NCBI GenBank assembly: GCA_965240325.2
Contig: OZ251233.1
Span: 2,232,001-2,296,000 of the forward strand
Reading direction: 5' to 3'
DNA length: 64,000 nucleotides
DNA from: Rebecca billardiae RCC1528
Lineage: Eukaryota; Protista; Haptophyta
Under the pieces are notes generated by a model that worked only from the letters and a program-made list of their open reading frames with translations, had not been told where the DNA came from and ran no database searches. Made by a program: the position numbers and the translations under genes. Below, piece after piece: positions 61,659-64,000 of this stretch. Position 1 is the first letter of the stretch, and every line of letters starts with the position of its first letter.

Positions 61659-63590
61659 ATGGCGGCGCTGCGCCGCGCGCTGTGGCTGCTGCTGCTGCTC
61701 CCGGTGGCGGCGCGCGGTGCCGCGGCCGACGCGCCGCCGCCGCCGGTCTGGCTGGACCACGACGACGAGGTGGTGCCCGGCGGGCCCGTCGTTGACGCGT
61801 GCAACGCCGCCGTCGGCGTGCTGCGCGAGTCCGCCGAGCCGCCGCCGCCGGTCGTGGAGCGCGTGGACTTCCGCGGCGCGGCGCGCGCCGAGGGCGAGCG
61901 CGTGGTGTTCGCGTACTTCGTGCTGGTCTCGCGCGCGTTCGCGGACCTGAGCGTCTCGCGCCTCCTCTACGCCGCGTGGGCGCCGCGCCACCTCTGGCTC
62001 GTGCACGCCGACCTGAAGACGCCCGAGGCGGCGGTCACGCGGCTGAGCGAGGCCGTGCGCCCGTACGGCAACGTGCACCTGATGCGCACGCGGCGGCGCG
62101 TGTCGTGGGGCGGGTTCTCGATGGTCGAGGCGCTCTTCGACGCGCTCGCCACCGCGGTGCACGGCGTCTCCGGCCCGGACTGGTCCGGCTTCGACTACTT
62201 CATCAACCTGTCGGACACGGACCTGCTGCTGCGCGTGGACGCGGAGCTCGACGCCTTCTTCGGCGCGCACGCGGCGCGGGGCGCGTCCTTCGTGGGGGTG
62301 AAGACGCGCGCGTCGGACCCGATGCGCTGGGACCTGCACGAGGAGCTGCGCAAGCTCACCTTCGTCGAGTGCGCCGGCGTGGGCTACGCGGTCGTGAACG
62401 GCAGCGCGGAGCGCCTCTTTCCCAACCACCGGCGCTGCTGCTACGGCCGCTCCGGGCCCATTCTGTTCGGCCCGCTCGACTTTGCGCTGCCGCGGCACGA
62501 CGAGAGCGTGGCGGTGTACCACGGCTCGCAGTGGGTGGCGCTGCACGCCTCGCTCGCCGCCGCGCTGCTCACCGACCCCGCCGCGCGCCTCGCCGTGCGC
62601 GGCTTCCGCCACACCTTCCTCTCGGACGAGGCGGTCGTGCAGACGGCCGTCATGGCGGCGCCGCAGCTCAGGCGGCGCGTGGTGAACCACAACCTGCGGC
62701 ACATCGACTGGCCGCACGGGTACGGCAACCCGGAGCAGTACTGGCGGCAGGCGGGCGAGGCGCACGACGGCGGGCCCGTCATGCTCACCTTCGCCCACGC
62801 CGCCGAGCTGTTCGGCTCGGAGGCGCTGTCCGCGCGCAAGGCGGACCCGTCGGTGGACGGTGGGCGGCTGTACTCGCTGTGGGACGGCTGGATGCGCGCC
62901 AAGAAGGAGGCGCGCGGCGCGGTGCAGGGGTACGAGCTCAGGCCGTTCGTGGTGGACGCGGCGAGCGGGCAGCCCACCGCCGAGCGCGCGCCGCCCGTGC
63001 GCGTCTCGCAGCGCCCGCTCGGCGCGTCGCTGCTCGAGCGCGCGCGCGGAGGCCCGCTGGAGGACGCGCTGCCGCTGCCGCACGCGCCCGTGGACGCGGC
63101 CGCGCTCGGCGCGGCGGGGCTGACCGAGGCGGAGGTGCGCGCCGCGCTCGGCGCGCGCGAGGCGTTCTTGCAGACGCACGTGCCGCACTACGGCCACGGC
63201 GACAACGTGACGCAGTACTACCTCGACTTCTTCGCCGAGGTGCAGCGGAGAGAGGCGGAGGCGCGCACGGCGCACCAGCTCGCGATGGGCGTGGCGCCGC
63301 CGCACACGCGCGCCGCCGACGGCGCGCAGCTCGGCCCGCCGGAGAGGCTGGCGCTCGGCGCCGAGCCGGGCGGCGGCGTCGCGCGCGGCCGGCACGCCGC
63401 GGCGCCGCTCGCCTCCGCCGTGTTCGCCGACGGCTCCGCGTGCGAGTGCGACTCGAAGCGCTGCCGCGCGCGCCGCACGTGCTGCGCACACGTGCACGGC
63501 CGCGCGGGCGAGCGCCTCTGCCGCGCCGAGGGCGAGCTCGGCGACGGCGCCGCCAAGCACGCGCACCCGGCGGACGCGGCGGACGGCTGA
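61659..63590 (+). CDS. GT14 (core-2/I-branching, xylosyltransferase-like) glycosyltransferase with a Cys-rich C-terminus
   Basis: Signal peptide; FAYFVLV, VHADLK, VSWGGFSMV, DYFINLSDTD, GSQWVAL, SDE..VQT, NHNLRHIDW, ARK. Confidence 0.88.
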   Translation: MAALRRALWLLLLLPVAARGAAADAPPPPVWLDHDDEVVPGGPVVDACNAAVGVLRESAEPPPPVVERVDFRGAARAEGERVVFAYFVLVSRAFADLSVSRLLYAAWAPRHLWLVHADLKTPEAAVTRLSEAVRPYGNVHLMRTRRRVSWGGFSMVEALFDALATAVHGVSGPDWSGFDYFINLSDTDLLLRVDAELDAFFGAHAARGASFVGVKTRASDPMRWDLHEELRKLTFVECAGVGYAVVNGSAERLFPNHRRCCYGRSGPILFGPLDFALPRHDESVAVYHGSQWVALHASLAAALLTDPAARLAVRGFRHTFLSDEAVVQTAVMAAPQLRRRVVNHNLRHIDWPHGYGNPEQYWRQAGEAHDGGPVMLTFAHAAELFGSEALSARKADPSVDGGRLYSLWDGWMRAKKEARGAVQGYELRPFVVDAASGQPTAERAPPVRVSQRPLGASLLERARGGPLEDALPLPHAPVDAAALGAAGLTEAEVRAALGAREAFLQTHVPHYGHGDNVTQYYLDFFAEVQRREAEARTAHQLAMGVAPPHTRAADGAQLGPPERLALGAEPGGGVARGRHAAAPLASAVFADGSACECDSKRCRARRTCCAHVHGRAGERLCRAEGELGDGAAKHAHPADAADG

Positions 63591-64000
63591 CGCGCCCGCG
63601 CGCGATGCTGCTCGCAGACGCGCGCGGCGGCGACCTATACGACGCGACCTATCATCGCGTCGAGGCGTCGCGCGTGTTGGTGGCGTGCGCCGCGCGCGCA
63701 TCGCATTCGCGGATGATATGCATATCACTGCTTCATCATCATCGATCAGTGCGCATTCGATGTCGTCGTCGCGGCGGATCGTCAGACTCACAGTGAGTGA
63801 CTCAGACGATATGATGACGACCACTGTGATTGAGACTGATGCTGCGCTGTCGTCGTAGTCTGATATGCGCGCTGCTGCCGCGATGATGATCGCGGACTAC
63901 TCAGTATTACTAGCACATATCACATTGTCACATACATACTACGACTATACGCGCGACAATGATGTCGTGCTGCTGCTGCTGACTGCTCCGTCACACTACC

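Overview
Very GC-rich eukaryotic nuclear DNA with short GC-rich spliceosomal introns (typically GTGCGC...GCGCAG) and microsatellites. A nuclear-encoded mitochondrial ATP1, bipartite signal+transit leaders on plastid proteins, and several exostosin and sulfotransferase genes suggest an alga with a complex red plastid, most likely a haptophyte (inference). About 24 protein genes are supportable: LST8, PMF1/Nnf1, DUS, F-box, MFS, AKR, ATP1, MOB1, GPAT, NOG2, ClpR, a Cof-type HAD, an FkbM methyltransferase, GT14, two GT47 genes and two sulfotransferases among them. Four things stand out. (1) A complete, unfused, intronless [FeFe]-hydrogenase maturase cluster, hydE-hydF-(orphan)-hydG, each gene with a mitochondrial-type presequence; no hydA is in the window. 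(2) Immediately downstream, a transposase-less element of about 3.6 kb: a giant-virus-type AEP primase/Zn-ribbon gene sits between ~430-bp inverted repeats built from TGTTAC iteron-like units, and the right arm expands into a 14-copy ~100-bp tandem array. (3) A nucleoside-hydrolase / ~6-TM / TIR-like fusion protein. (4) Several non-autonomous TIR transposon families: a P-like foldback, a Tc1-like MITE with excision footprints, and a GAC-ended 4-bp-TSD family with a covarying internal hairpin. Most long ORFs in the supplied track are antisense or GC shadow frames. All family calls come from motif recognition by eye, not from database searches.
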